Below the pieces are notes generated by a model. It worked only from the letters and a program-made list of their open reading frames with translations, was not told the DNA's origin and ran no database searches. A DNA stretch of 64,000 bases from Mytilus californianus (lineage: Eukaryota), in the NCBI RefSeq assembly GCF_021869535.1, contig NW_026262582.1:69688001-69752000 (forward strand), in the 5' to 3' direction. Shown here in pieces: positions 12,321 through 24,208 of the stretch. Every line of letters begins with the position of its first letter. Position 1 is the stretch's first letter. A program made the translations under genes and the position numbers.

Positions 12321-13293
12321 GTTTTGTTAGCTTTTGAAGCTTATTTGACGAAAATAATCAAAATTATACTAAACCAAAGCGAACCAAAAAGTTGGGTATG
12401 GTACAGACTGTACTACAGGCACAAAAATATCAACTTATATGCAGAAGAGCATATTTATCCTCCTTTTTCTTTGAAGTAACCCAGTTTTAACATGTACAAA
12501 TATTCTAAAGCGCACAATTTAAAAAAAAATTATACCGCTCGCTCCACTTGTAGAGCACCCGCCTCAACAAAACCCATTTTCAAGAAATAAATACAATCAA
12601 AAAAATTTCGCTCGCTCGCCCCATATTTTTTGGAGCTTTTGTCCGAAGAACTAAAAATCAAATTAGTGTGGCCTTAGCAGATCCAAAAAAAGTATTTGTT
12701 TCATATTTTGGATCTGCTAAGGATGTCACAAATTGCACTCTCTCTGCACGTTGATAACCCTTGTAACAACTTTTTGAGGTGTCCATAGGTGGCCTGTTGC
12801 AATGTTAAATGTCTGTTCTTATCCAATATACCCTTTTTTCCAGTCCCAGTCCACATATTTTATACCTTTATTCCGAACAGCCTCTATTACATGGCCTACC
12901 TATTGGTTAATGGGTTGGAGGATTACCTTTCTTCCTTGTTTTTTTTATATCACTCAAGAATTGACTAAATTGTAACTGTATCCCCTATTGCAGTTTTTTA
13001 AAATTGTTTTTTAAATTAGGTTCACACCTATAGAAGAAATAAACTACTACGAAAAAGTGAATTGTCCATAGAACTCCTCAATTGATGTACATATAAAATA
13101 CAATATAAGTATGTGTTTTGTCTTGGCCCATTTGCGTATTGCAAAAACAAAATAATAACAAGTAATTTAGTTGATCGTTAGCGATAAACACAGTGTAACC
13201 TACATTTGAATGTTTTAGATCTTTTACTGAAGCATTTTGTAGTGTTCGTCAAAATCCTGGGGGGGGGGGGGGGGGGGGGGGGGGGAGGGGGAT

Positions 13294-13465
13294 GTAGCCA
13301 GTCAATACCGAGGTCCTGCACATGACAGGTGCGTTCGACTATTAATCAACTAGGAATGTCAGTTTTCATCTCTCCGAGCTCCCCTGCTTCCTCTGCCTAT
13401 TAAAAACTGACCGCCATGTAATATCAAATAGTCCAGAAAGTGCCGCTAAACACCAATCAATCGAT
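13294..13465 (+). mobile_element. Degenerate V-SINE-like fragment preceded by a G27 run
   Basis: AAAACTGACCGCC...GCTAAACACCAATCAATC matches the fuller copy at 48125-48525. Poly-G at 13259-13285. Confidence 0.6.
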
Positions 13466-16400
13466 TTTGAAGTTGTTTTTCTTCAAATTTTCAAGTTGAG
13501 AAGGTACAGACCAGGGTGTAATTTATCAAAAGTTTATCGGTTTTATTGATAATAAAGAAGGAGCTTGATATCTGTAACATAATTACTAAAGAAAACAATC
13601 ATCCAGTTAGTATAAGGTTTTATTGGATGGAAAACACCTGTTTTATCAAAGGTTATCGGTTTGATTGATAATTTCACGCGAGCTTATCTGTAAAATTTAT
13701 TACTAAAGAAGGCAATCATACGGTTAGTATAAGGTAAAAACTTTAGCTTCATATTGGATTTTCAAAACCTTATTTTATCAAAAGTCACCCTTTTCCGCAT
13801 TGGTTTTCGTATTTGTGCTGACTACGTCATGCGACCAAAGTCTGTAAAATGCCTAGCATTCCATTTTTTGTGGAATTCATGATTTGTTTTTGTGGACCAA
13901 TACCACACCTTTCATTTCATGTTCATTGTATATACGTTCATCAGCTTGTTATGTTGTTTTCAGGCGCGGATCCAAGATTTGAGGAAAAGAAGGTGGGTTA
14001 ATAATTTTGACGTGTTTTAAGCCAAAATATTCAATTTCATGGGAAGTCGCGACGGTTGGCCCCACCTGGGTCCGCCCCTGTTTTGTAGGGGGATGTAAAA
14101 CACCACAATAAATAAAGAAGATGTGTTATGAGTGCCAATGAGACAACTCTCCATCCAAGTCACAATTTGTAAAAGTAAACCATTATAGATCAAAGTACAG
14201 CCTTCAACACGGAGCCTTGGCTCACATCGAACAGCAGTCTATTCCAACATTTCAACTAGTAGTTAATAGATAGAAAGATAGTTTATTCTCATAAAACCAT
14301 GCAAGTACAAAGGTTACAGAGAAATTAAAAACATACATACAAAATATTAGATGAAAATATTAAAAAAAAATTTAAAAAATAAAAATAGATAAAAAATAAA
14401 TAAAAATATGAAAGTATATACACATAAATATGATCGAATACAACAAAGATATAAATAGATATTTGGTAAAGGAGAGGGTATGATAAGATTTTTTTTGGAC
14501 CCATGAATTTGAAAAATAAAAATATTATCCTAAATCTAACAAATAACATCCAAGTTGAGATTTTTTTTTTTGGAAGGTGGGGGGACAATTTATATTGTTT
14601 TGTCCGACATTCGAATTTGCATTTTTTGTTATTTCGTCAAATGTCGTCTCGTCTCTCTTTTCAATTATACTCTAGACGGAGAAAATAATTTTTAACCCGT
14701 CCGTCCGTCCGTCAATTGGTCCGTTCGTCATTTCAGTTTGTTACCGGATATTAATTTAAAAATACTTTATATCGGAGTCCAACCTTATTTATTCCTAATG
14801 ATTTTGAATACACAATGTCAAATGTAAAGGTCATAGATATGAAAAAAGTCTGAAAATTTTTGCATAAAAATGTTTCCGTGTGCCGAATAAAATAAAATAC
14901 TTTATATGAGATTACAACATTAATTGGATATAATTATGGTCACGTATAGTGAGAGGTCGATCCCTATAGTTCCCTTGTGATTTTAAGGTTAATATCCCAA
15001 AGGTCATAGTATTCAACATTGTGTTAGACAAGATTAGAATATTCAATCATACCAGATATAAATTATTCAGTGTGTGTGTTCTTGTTTTTGTTTAAATGTC
15101 TTTTTGATCGAGTTAAGCCATTTCAAATGATAATTTATAGTGTGTCTTTTTATGTTGTAATGTTACACTACTGTCTTAGGTTAGGGTGAAGGTTGGCGCC
15201 TGTTATTACGTTTAAACTTCTGTATTTTTATGCACCTGTCCTAAGTCAGGAGCCTGTTGTTCGGTGGTTGTCGTTTGTTGGTGTGGTTCATAGGTGTTTC
15301 TCGTTTTTCGTTTTTTTATTTTTTTTCGTTGGTTTTCCTGTTTGAATTGTTTTACACTAGTCATTTTGGGGCCCTTTATAGCTTGCTGTTCGGTGTGAGC
15401 CAATGCTCCGTGTTGAAGGCCGTACTTTGACCTATAATTGTTAACTCTTTATACATTTTGAGTTGGATGGAGAGTTGTCTCATTGGCACTCATACCACAT
15501 CTTCTTATTTATACTTACTTTAAAAATGCCATCAGATCATTATGAGCTTCCTCCGTTTATATGTTGGGGCGAGGAAACGTTCTTTCATTTCTTTATTTTA
15601 TTTCATTTGCATTTAACACCGTTATGGTTGAAGCAAAAATATTAATCTAGCTTGATGGTGATGGGTCTCATTTTTAGAATCCTTATCACGTATGTTATTG
15701 AAAATTGCTCGGTTTTTATTTAATAAAAAAAATCCCAGCTTTAGGATTTTGGAAGTCAATACGCAGACCCTTTTTTTTCAACTGGAAGAATTATCTTGCC
15801 CAGGACCGGATGAAAACGAAAATTCTGTCCTTAAAATGCAAATGATGCAGAAAATAATTGTGTACAAAAGTAAAAATAAATTTTCGAGCACCATATAACC
15901 CGTTCCATAAAAAGGTGTAAAATGGTCCGGAGGAATATTTAGAGATTGACTATTCATTTCTATCTGTTGCTACGCCTGCTTTTTTTCTCTTTAGTGCATA
16001 ATTGCTTTCTTTTTCATCCTGTCTTTTTCAAGGTTATTTATTTTCAGCTTTGACCAGGCCATGCAGGATATTAATTTTCAAAATCCTCCTGGCCCCATCA
16101 GACAATCAAATGGTCATCCCCTTATAAATACTCTGCCTATACATATATTTTGGCATTGTACAAGGTCATGCTTTTTTTAGAATATTTCTACACTGAATCC
16201 GTTTGATGTGTACTGATTTGTAGTTTTAGTGAGAAAATATTTTTCATTTATTAGCAGTATGTTATTGTGTTGTGTTTCTGGATAGCTGTTCCGAGTTGGG
16301 GAGGCTTGAGTGACCACAGACATGTTTTGACCACCATGCAGATCTTTTGCTTGGCTGTCCTGGCCCGGGATTTAGGGATTCCGTTGTTGTCGCTGGTTGA

Positions 16401-16599
16401 TGTTTAACATAAAACAATAGACATAAAGTACCGTTTTAACTGAGGTCTGGGATAATTGTGGGATAGGATATGGTAATAAACTTGAAAGTTTGCAGCTATA
16501 GAAGCTAGATAGCTACTGGTTTTCCTATATTTACAAGAACTGAAAGTCTGTATGAAGAAGATGGTGGGAAACTTAAGCTAACAAGAGGAGACGACGAAA

Positions 16600-16989
16600 A
16601 TAATTTAATTTAAGATCCAATTAAAAAGGCTAAATACTATAAACAAAGATGCACTATTTATATGGACCGAGGAAACTAAATATAATTCTAACTCAATAAA
16701 GATGCTATTCATCTTTCTTAAATCATGACTTTTTCAGAGTCAACATAATTGCTGACGTATCTTGTCTTTGTGGGTGCAACATTGGGACTGTACACCATTT
16801 CCTTTTCGACTGTTCTAAGACTTTATATATACAGACCAGAGAGAAATTTTAATGAACAATCTAACATGGCTCCCTGAATGTTAAGTTACTAACATCTGGT
16901 AATCCGAACCTCTCGTATGAACAAAACATCCTGAGATTTAAACATGTAATCGAGTTTATTAAAAGGTCTGAGCGATTTTTTGTCATATG
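16600..16989 (+). mobile_element. LINE (CR1/L2-clade-like) ORF2 3' remnant, frameshifted
   Basis: Manual translation across frameshifts: GPRKLNIILTQ..LNHDFFRVNIIADVSCLCGCNIGTVHHFLFDCS..R..LLTSGNPNLSYEQNILRFKHVIEFIKRSERF. This is a C-terminal CCHC knuckle plus the typical LINE terminus. Confidence 0.72.
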
Positions 16990-17332
16990 ATACTGAATAG
17001 TATTTGCGGTAGATTCACAAAATCATCATCATTTAGTTGCCAATTTTTCCGACATAACAAAACATTAGGTCACCTGACCAAACCCATCATACATCATTGG
17101 CCCATACAATATATGATTGACATTTTCAGAAAGTATTCTGCGCTATACTGCGAAACGTATATATTTCGTATATATTTACTTGAGTCCAATCCATTTTACT
17201 TTGACTAAATAGAATATGTTTAAACTAAACCGATTTAAGAGTAATCGCAGTTACTGAATGAAATTTCAATTACAACAAACACATAACTCATGTTTTCTTT
17301 TAGTTGTGTATTTATTCTTTACAGTTGGTGAA

Positions 17333-19069
17333 ATGACAACAAAAGACAAAGAATTCATATGTGGTCCGTGCGATTATCTACATACACCAAAGACGGCTGT
17401 TGTATGGTGCCCGACATGCGAGGAAGGACTATGCCACGACTGCAGCGTCCACCATATTGCAGGAAAATTGACAAGAGATCACAAACCTATAAATATTGAT
17501 CACTATAAAGAAATGCCTAGAAAAATGATAGAAGAGGTTAAGAAATGTTTGAAACATGACGAAATTTACGAATTGTATTGCCAAAACCACAAAACTCATT
17601 GCTGTGTTCAATGTGTGAAGGAAATACATGCAAGATGCACTGGTGTTACACTACTCCGTAAAGTAATTGAAAATATCAAGACTTCCGCTATGGTTACTGA
17701 AATCATGCAAGAGTTAGAGAACAGAATGGGAGGGTTAGTGAAACTTACAGAAAACCGAAAAAAGAATGTTGATCGAATAGATAAACAATCATCTAATTTG
17801 TGCGCTGATTTTCGGCGCATGCGCAGGGCAATTGAAAGTGCGCTGGAAGAATTTGAGGGTGCATTGAACGAGGAGGCAACATCAGTCAAGAACACACAAT
17901 CCTCAAAGGTAAACAATTCTATTGATAAAATAGGGGCGCAAAAGTCTGTATACAAAGAACTGCATTCGAATCTTCAAAAGGTGATAGCATACGGAAATAA
18001 CTTACAAGTGTACTTAGCGGTTAAAACTATTGAAGAAAAACTTAGTAGAGGAGATAAGGAACTTGAATCGCTTTTGAAAACGGCAAGTGGTTTTCAAGAA
18101 ATAAATGTTGCTTTCGAATGTAACGAACACTTATCTTCGCTGCTTACTAAAGACGTTAAACCCGGAAGGGTTATGACATCTTGCTCACCATTAGAATGCG
18201 ATTTTAAAGTACCACACGGCAAAGAAGCACAAATATCATCACCAAACACGGGAACTACCGTGTCAAAATTGAATATCAAGACATATGTGCAAACATTCGA
18301 GGCACAACTCTCTTTATCCTCAACAAGTAATAAAACAAACATTTCGAGCATTGTCCCATTGCCCTCCGGACAGACGGTCATAACAGATTATGGAGGTCAA
18401 CAAGGTGTTATGCTTTTTCACCGAAATGGGAGTTTCAACACCAGATTTAACAACCTTGGCATTCCATATGGGGCGTGTTTGATTGGTGATTCTGTTCTTG
18501 CTGTATCGTTTCCTTATAATAATAATATAAAGTTACTAGAAATAGTCGAATCAACATGCTCAATACTGAATACTTTTAGGATAAACCAATCATGTTATGG
18601 ATTATCATTTAATTCGGCGGGAAACATTGTCGCGGCTAGCGCAGAACCCGATAACGGGATTATTGTCGTGGGATTAAACGGACAAATTCTAAAACGTGTA
18701 AATCTGAATTTGCCAATGATCAGAAATGTTCATTGGTACAGAGACAAAATAATCGTAACCGAATTTGAGTCGACTGAAATGTTGGTCTTTGATCCTGAAG
18801 GAAGGAAAGTAAAAACACATACTTTCGATTGGGAACCAGATACAAGGAATATATGCGTTGATAAACACGGTAATATATTTGTTTGCGCATTGCACACAGA
18901 AAAAGTAACAGTAATTTCAAACGAGGGTAACATTAGAGTTGATGTATTGGAACCTGATGATAGACTTCACATTCCAAAAGCAATAGCTTATGACAGGAGA
19001 ACCAATACAATTGCAGTTGCGGGTAGAGATGGGCTATTTTCGGCAATTTACGACATTTTTTATAACTGA
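17333..19069 (+). CDS. RING-less TRIM-like protein: B-box1, B-box2, coiled coil, NHL-like beta-propeller (578 aa, single coding exon)
   Basis: B-box1 CGPCD...AVVWCPTCEEGLCHDCSVHH...RDH; B-box2 CLKHDEIYELYCQNHKTHCCVQCVKEIHARC; propeller blades (PYGACLIG, TRNICVDKHGNIFV, PKAIAYD). Acceptor TTTACAG ends at 17324, ATG at 17333, AATAAA at 19108. Confidence 0.9.
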   Translation: MTTKDKEFICGPCDYLHTPKTAVVWCPTCEEGLCHDCSVHHIAGKLTRDHKPINIDHYKEMPRKMIEEVKKCLKHDEIYELYCQNHKTHCCVQCVKEIHARCTGVTLLRKVIENIKTSAMVTEIMQELENRMGGLVKLTENRKKNVDRIDKQSSNLCADFRRMRRAIESALEEFEGALNEEATSVKNTQSSKVNNSIDKIGAQKSVYKELHSNLQKVIAYGNNLQVYLAVKTIEEKLSRGDKELESLLKTASGFQEINVAFECNEHLSSLLTKDVKPGRVMTSCSPLECDFKVPHGKEAQISSPNTGTTVSKLNIKTYVQTFEAQLSLSSTSNKTNISSIVPLPSGQTVITDYGGQQGVMLFHRNGSFNTRFNNLGIPYGACLIGDSVLAVSFPYNNNIKLLEIVESTCSILNTFRINQSCYGLSFNSAGNIVAASAEPDNGIIVVGLNGQILKRVNLNLPMIRNVHWYRDKIIVTEFESTEMLVFDPEGRKVKTHTFDWEPDTRNICVDKHGNIFVCALHTEKVTVISNEGNIRVDVLEPDDRLHIPKAIAYDRRTNTIAVAGRDGLFSAIYDIFYN

Positions 19070-21899
19070 GGCTAATACAAACAAACAAGTATACATGCAC
19101 ATCAAATAATAAAGCACAAATTTAAATTAGTTTTTTGTTTGCATTGATAACATATTAGGTTTTTATTGAAAAACACAACATCAAATCAAAACAGGTTACT
19201 AGTATATAATTTCAAAGAAGTACCTGATATTTTACGGTCAGAAATATCTTCATATTAATAATCCGGTTTTTGCAATCATTGAGAAAAAGCTACTGCAAAT
19301 ACAATTCTAGGAGCCTTTGAAATAGTAATATATAGAACTTTGTTTAAAGAAAAGAAATTCTGTCATCCATATTATGCAAAAATCAATTTTTGTATACACT
19401 TTATGAGTTATTGAAATTTTGAAGCGTGATCAATCTTTTGTAGTCTTTTTTTTTCTCTTCAAAACATTGTTAAAGGCTTTGGACTAGCTTTCAATAGATG
19501 CTAGTACTCTAATAGATCGGTACTTGTGTCTTTTGTTTTTATGCCAGTGTTTTCTGCTCCGTACCTATTTGTTAAGGTACGTAATTTCCCACTGATTTTT
19601 ACACCCTATTCTTACATTGTGCTGTTACACCACTTACTCAAGTTAGGGGAGGATTTAGCACTTAAAACATGTTTAATCCCGCCATATTCTGTATGTGTCT
19701 GACCCAAGTAAGGAGCTTGTATTCTGTAATTTAGTGGTTGTTGGTTGTTGTCAGTCATATTTCTTTTCGTTAATCGTTTTATAATAAATTAGACAGTTAG
19801 TTTTCTCGTTTAAATTGCTCCATATTTTGTCATGCCGGGCCTTTTTTTGACTGACAAAACGGTGTGAGTTTTTCTCATTGTTGAAGGCCATGTCAAAGTG
19901 GTGACGTTTAGCTGCTAACTTTCACGTCATTTGGACTCTGGTGGAAAGTTATCACAGTTGTCTCATTGGCAATTGTCTTATTTTTATATTTAATATTTTG
20001 TGACTGGTCATCCATGCATCTCACCCGACAATATCAGGAATTGCTGGTTTTATGGTTTATCGAAGCTGTTTTGATTAAAACCCTTTCCATATTAACACCT
20101 TATAATACTAATTTTATTATTTTCTTACAAGATTCATCGAAAAACTCATGATGGAGCATATATTACAATTGTTTAAAATTATATCCGTGAGTTAAACGTC
20201 ACGTGGTATTTTTAACATCTATCTTTATGCGAATCATTTTCCTTGGTGACTTGTAGAGGCGAACTTAGAAAAAGGCACACACGGCGCAACCGCCTACAAT
20301 CCGAAAGATGTCAATTTGTTTCCCGCTCGGCACAAATGATAAAGTCACAATCGAGTCATTTTGAAAGGGGGGATCTTACCCCCGGAACACCATGAAACTT
20401 TCACATAATTTAACTAAAAGTAGAATAAAAAAAATCGAAAAGAGGAGGGGTTCCAACCCCCCCCCCCCCCCACCCCCATCCTCCACCCCCCCCCCCCTTG
20501 CATTCGCCAATGCAATCCCACTTACCTCATATCCTAAGTTTCAACACGGTCCTCCAGGGAAGTATTTTAATTTGATATTAATTTACTAACTTCTTTAATA
20601 AGGATAGGACAAAGGGACAACAATGTACTAAAATTGAATGTGATATGCCCCGGACGGTAAATGTAAGTGAGATAATAACAGGCTTATAATTCGGATGAAG
20701 TTCCCTAAGGTTACATAAAACTCCCCTGTTTCAGTGATGCTCTGGATCGGCTACTGATGAATAATGATATAAATAGAAATTACCTGCATGTTTTTTTTGT
20801 AATCAAAAACAATAAAGATTTGGAGAAATGTAAGGAAAGTTGAAATAGTTATATCTTTGAAAGGGGGATCTTGATTTACTTTCTGTTTTCAAGGTAGTGA
20901 CTTGAAAAAAATCAGAGAAAGTCATATATTTCCTCCTAACCCCACAACCACCACCACCAATGAAAGAAAATAATGAGTCGCTTATATCATAATCACTATG
21001 CTATTTAAAAGGGACACAACCTCTACCTATTTACATTACCAACACCATCACGATTTCTTCACCGGCTACATTGATGTGTTATCTCTAAACAAGGATCTGG
21101 AAGAATCAGGTAAAAGTTTAAAGCCCCGTATAAAATCAACACAGTCACATCTTTTTCAAAGGCACAATTTATTTCTTCAAAATTGATATAACTGCACTCA
21201 CACCTACATTGTATATCCTCGAGCCTATATCATGCGTACGGGTCAAGGAAAACAAACATAATTTAAAATCATCATGTAATGCATTAAATAACACTTACAA
21301 AGTATATAAATAGACGAATTAACTCTTAACTTTTGACAATACTAAAGATCGACTGTTTATAAGTCAGAGTCAGCTGGGTTTATTTTAAGCTTTTTTGTTA
21401 TCTATATCGTTTGTGTATCTGAATATTTACTTCCTGGCTGAGATTACGTAATGTTCAAGGCCGTACAATTCATTGTAAACTCAAAGTTGCATAGTGCCTC
21501 CCGCGGCCTCACCAAAAATATTGGGATTAATAAATGAGTTTACAAAGACCATATTTATCCTTTTTTTTATGAATGAAAAAAACTATAGGCATACATGAGT
21601 CTAATGCACAGAGTTCACCATAAAGTGATATGGCATAATGCTCTGATATGGACTCAAGATGAACATGGTAAACAGGCATACCAATAATGAGACAATTATT
21701 TGATGAAACATGTATAAATACAGGTGCTGTAGAATGGACCCCCTTTATTATATTTATTGTATTTTTTTTTCTATTAAAATATTCTTTAATATTTTATCTT
21801 ATTTTCACTTATTGAACATCCATACATATTACAATAACAGAAGTATATACTAGTATATACATGATGCCCTCGTGTTCTTATTTTCAACGAGGAAAGCGG

Positions 21900-22420
21900 A
21901 TTTTTTTTCGCCCAGATTCTCGTTCACAACGAGTCGTTTCGCTCAGGATCAGTTCGCCCCGATTTGAACAAAAAATTATTTTGGAAGTAAATCTCATTTA
22001 ATCTTTCATTTAAAAGGTATATTTAACAAGATTTTTAAGTATAAAACGGTTGATTTCCATTATCACTAATTTCCTTTCTGATACCGCGGTTAAAATGGTA
22101 TGTTGAAGTTTTGCGTATTTAATTATCGCATTGCAATGCAGCAACCTCAAGATTACAAATCTCATGTCAAAATAAGAAATAATCACATAATACATAGAGC
22201 AAGTCACATAAAAAGACGTATATACTTACCATGCGGTTTTAAACTGACCGACCGTGCGAGGGCTGAACAGCCAGTCAAGGTCGTTAAACACTTCCATTTG
22301 TTTGTCATGCGGTTTTCATAATGACACACTAGATGTAGCATTTTCCAGTCTGAATTCCCATAAAAAACTTATAAAATCGGGGCGAAATGACTCATGGCGA
22401 ACGGGAATAGGTCGAAACGA
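21900..22420. mobile_element. Non-autonomous element with inverted clusters of TTCGCC motifs (MULE-like subterminal repeats)
   Basis: TTCGCCCCGATTT (21953-21965) vs AAATCGGGGCGAA (22375-22387); GAGTCGTTTCGC vs GCGAAATGACTC. Outer ends and TSD not resolved. Confidence 0.5.
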
Positions 22421-22475
22421 TCGTGATTTTCAAATTTCACCTAGGTATATATTTTTTATCATTGCAGTGGGCAAA

Positions 22476-24208
22476 ATGACAACAGAAACACAAGAAATCA
22501 TATGTGGGCCGTGTGACTTTCGAGAAATAGCAAAACTAGCAGTCGTATGGTGTCCGACTTGTGATGAAGGATTGTGCGACGAATGCAGCGGCCATCATAG
22601 AGCAGCAAAGGCCACTAGAGGCCACCAGTTCATAGATAGTGATCACTATAAAGAAATGCCTAGAAAAATGATTGAAGAGTTTAACAAATGTCCCGAACAT
22701 GATGAAAAGTACGAACTCTTCTGTCCAAAACATGCAACTCATTGTTGTGTACAATGCGTGAAAGAAAAACACGCAAAATGTACCGGAATAACACTACTCA
22801 AAAAAGTCATTGAAAACATTAAGTCTTCCGTCACGGCAACTACAATAATGCAACAAATAGAAAAAAGAATGGAAGGACTGAGTAAACTAACCAAAAATCG
22901 GGTGGAAAATATCAATCGAATAGATAAACAGTCGTCGGAACTGTGCACTGATTTTCGGCGCATGCGTAAGGAAATAGATCTTGTGCTAGATGAATTTGAG
23001 AAAGAATTGAGCGAGCAGGTAATATCAGTCAAGAACACACAATCCTCTATCGTAGACAACACCATTGCTCAAATTGCTACACATGAGTCTGTATACAAGG
23101 AAATGTATTCGGCTCTTCTTAAGGTGCTAGCATACGGAAGTAATTTTCAAGTATACTCAGCGATTAAAAAGATTGAAGAAAAACTTATGAATGAAGATAA
23201 AGAAATTGAATTGTTTTTTAAAAACGACAATGGTTTACAAGAAATAAATATTGCTCTCGAATGCAGCCAACAGTTGTCTTCTCTGCTGACTGAAGACTTT
23301 TCACTCGCAACAGTCAGGACATCTAATTCCACTTTAGAATGCGATTTGAAAATACTTGACAACCTGGAAGCACAAAATCTATCAACAACCGCCAGGACCA
23401 CCGTGTCAGAATTGAACATCAAACAGTATGTACAGACACGCAGGTCAACTATTTCTTATATCTAAATGATATAAACATTACTAGTATCGTCCCGTTGCCT
23501 TCTGGACAGACAGTCATTACCGATTATGGAGGTAATCTAGGTATCCTGGTGTTCAATAGTGTTGGTGGTTTAGACACCAGTTTTACTAACCTGGGTACTC
23601 CGCATGGGGCATGTTTGATAAGTGATTCTGTTGTTGCAGTGTCGTTCCCTTTGAACAATAATATTAAATTATTACAAATAAACTGGTTGACTTGTACAAT
23701 AAAGAAAACATTTAAATTCAACCAAACGTGTTTTGGTTTGTGTGTGAATTCGGAAGGAAACATTCTAGCCGCTACAAGAAAACCTGATGACGGTTTAATT
23801 ATCATAAATTTAAACGGAGAAATTTTGAAGCGTATTTGTGTAAGACTGCCATCGATCAATTATGTGCAATGCGGCAAAAACAAAATAATTGTAGCCGAAC
23901 TCGAATCGAATGAAATTTTTATATATGACCACGAATGTAAGAAAAATATGCAAACATTTACCTTCGAAGGCGATTGTGATACCAGGAACATCTGCGTTGA
24001 TAAACACGGCAATATGTTTGTTAGTGCACTGAAGGCAAAAAAAGTTACCGTAATTTCAGAGAAAGGTAACCACAGGCAAGATATTTTGGGACTGACGGAT
24101 GGATTTTGTTGTCCAAAGGCAATTGTTTATGACCCGAAAAACAATACCATAATAGTTGCAGACAAAGACGGGCAGTATTCTGCTATTTTTGACATAGTTT
24201 ACAAGTAG
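22476..24208 (+). pseudogene. Frameshifted tandem paralogue of the RING-less TRIM-like gene (B-box1/B-box2/CC | propeller)
   Basis: Colinear with 17333-19069. The ATG-to-'LPSGQT' distance is 1019 nt vs 1026 nt in the paralogue (net -7). Frame-0 stop at 23463-23465; the propeller continues in the -1 frame to 24208. Acceptor TTGCAG ends at 22467. Confidence 0.8.

Larger units (their letters stand above)
10078..12673. mobile_element. PIF/Harbinger-type non-autonomous element (2.6 kb) carrying nested repeats
   Basis: TIR GGCCACAC(C/T)AATTTGATT at both ends, with a TTA target-site duplication at 10075-10077 and 12674-12676. Confidence 0.8.

Noticed and set aside
20750-20780. Other CTGATGA...GAAA occurrences (also ~53970, and the GCGTTC/GAACGC hairpin at 58031-58054)
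   Set aside because: No stem II/III geometry. The 58031 site may be a collapsed remnant but cannot be supported.
23360-23465. Programmed -1 ribosomal frameshift rescuing the split TRIM
   Set aside because: The -1 frame is open over this overlap, but I found no X XXY YYZ slippery heptamer or obvious downstream pseudoknot.
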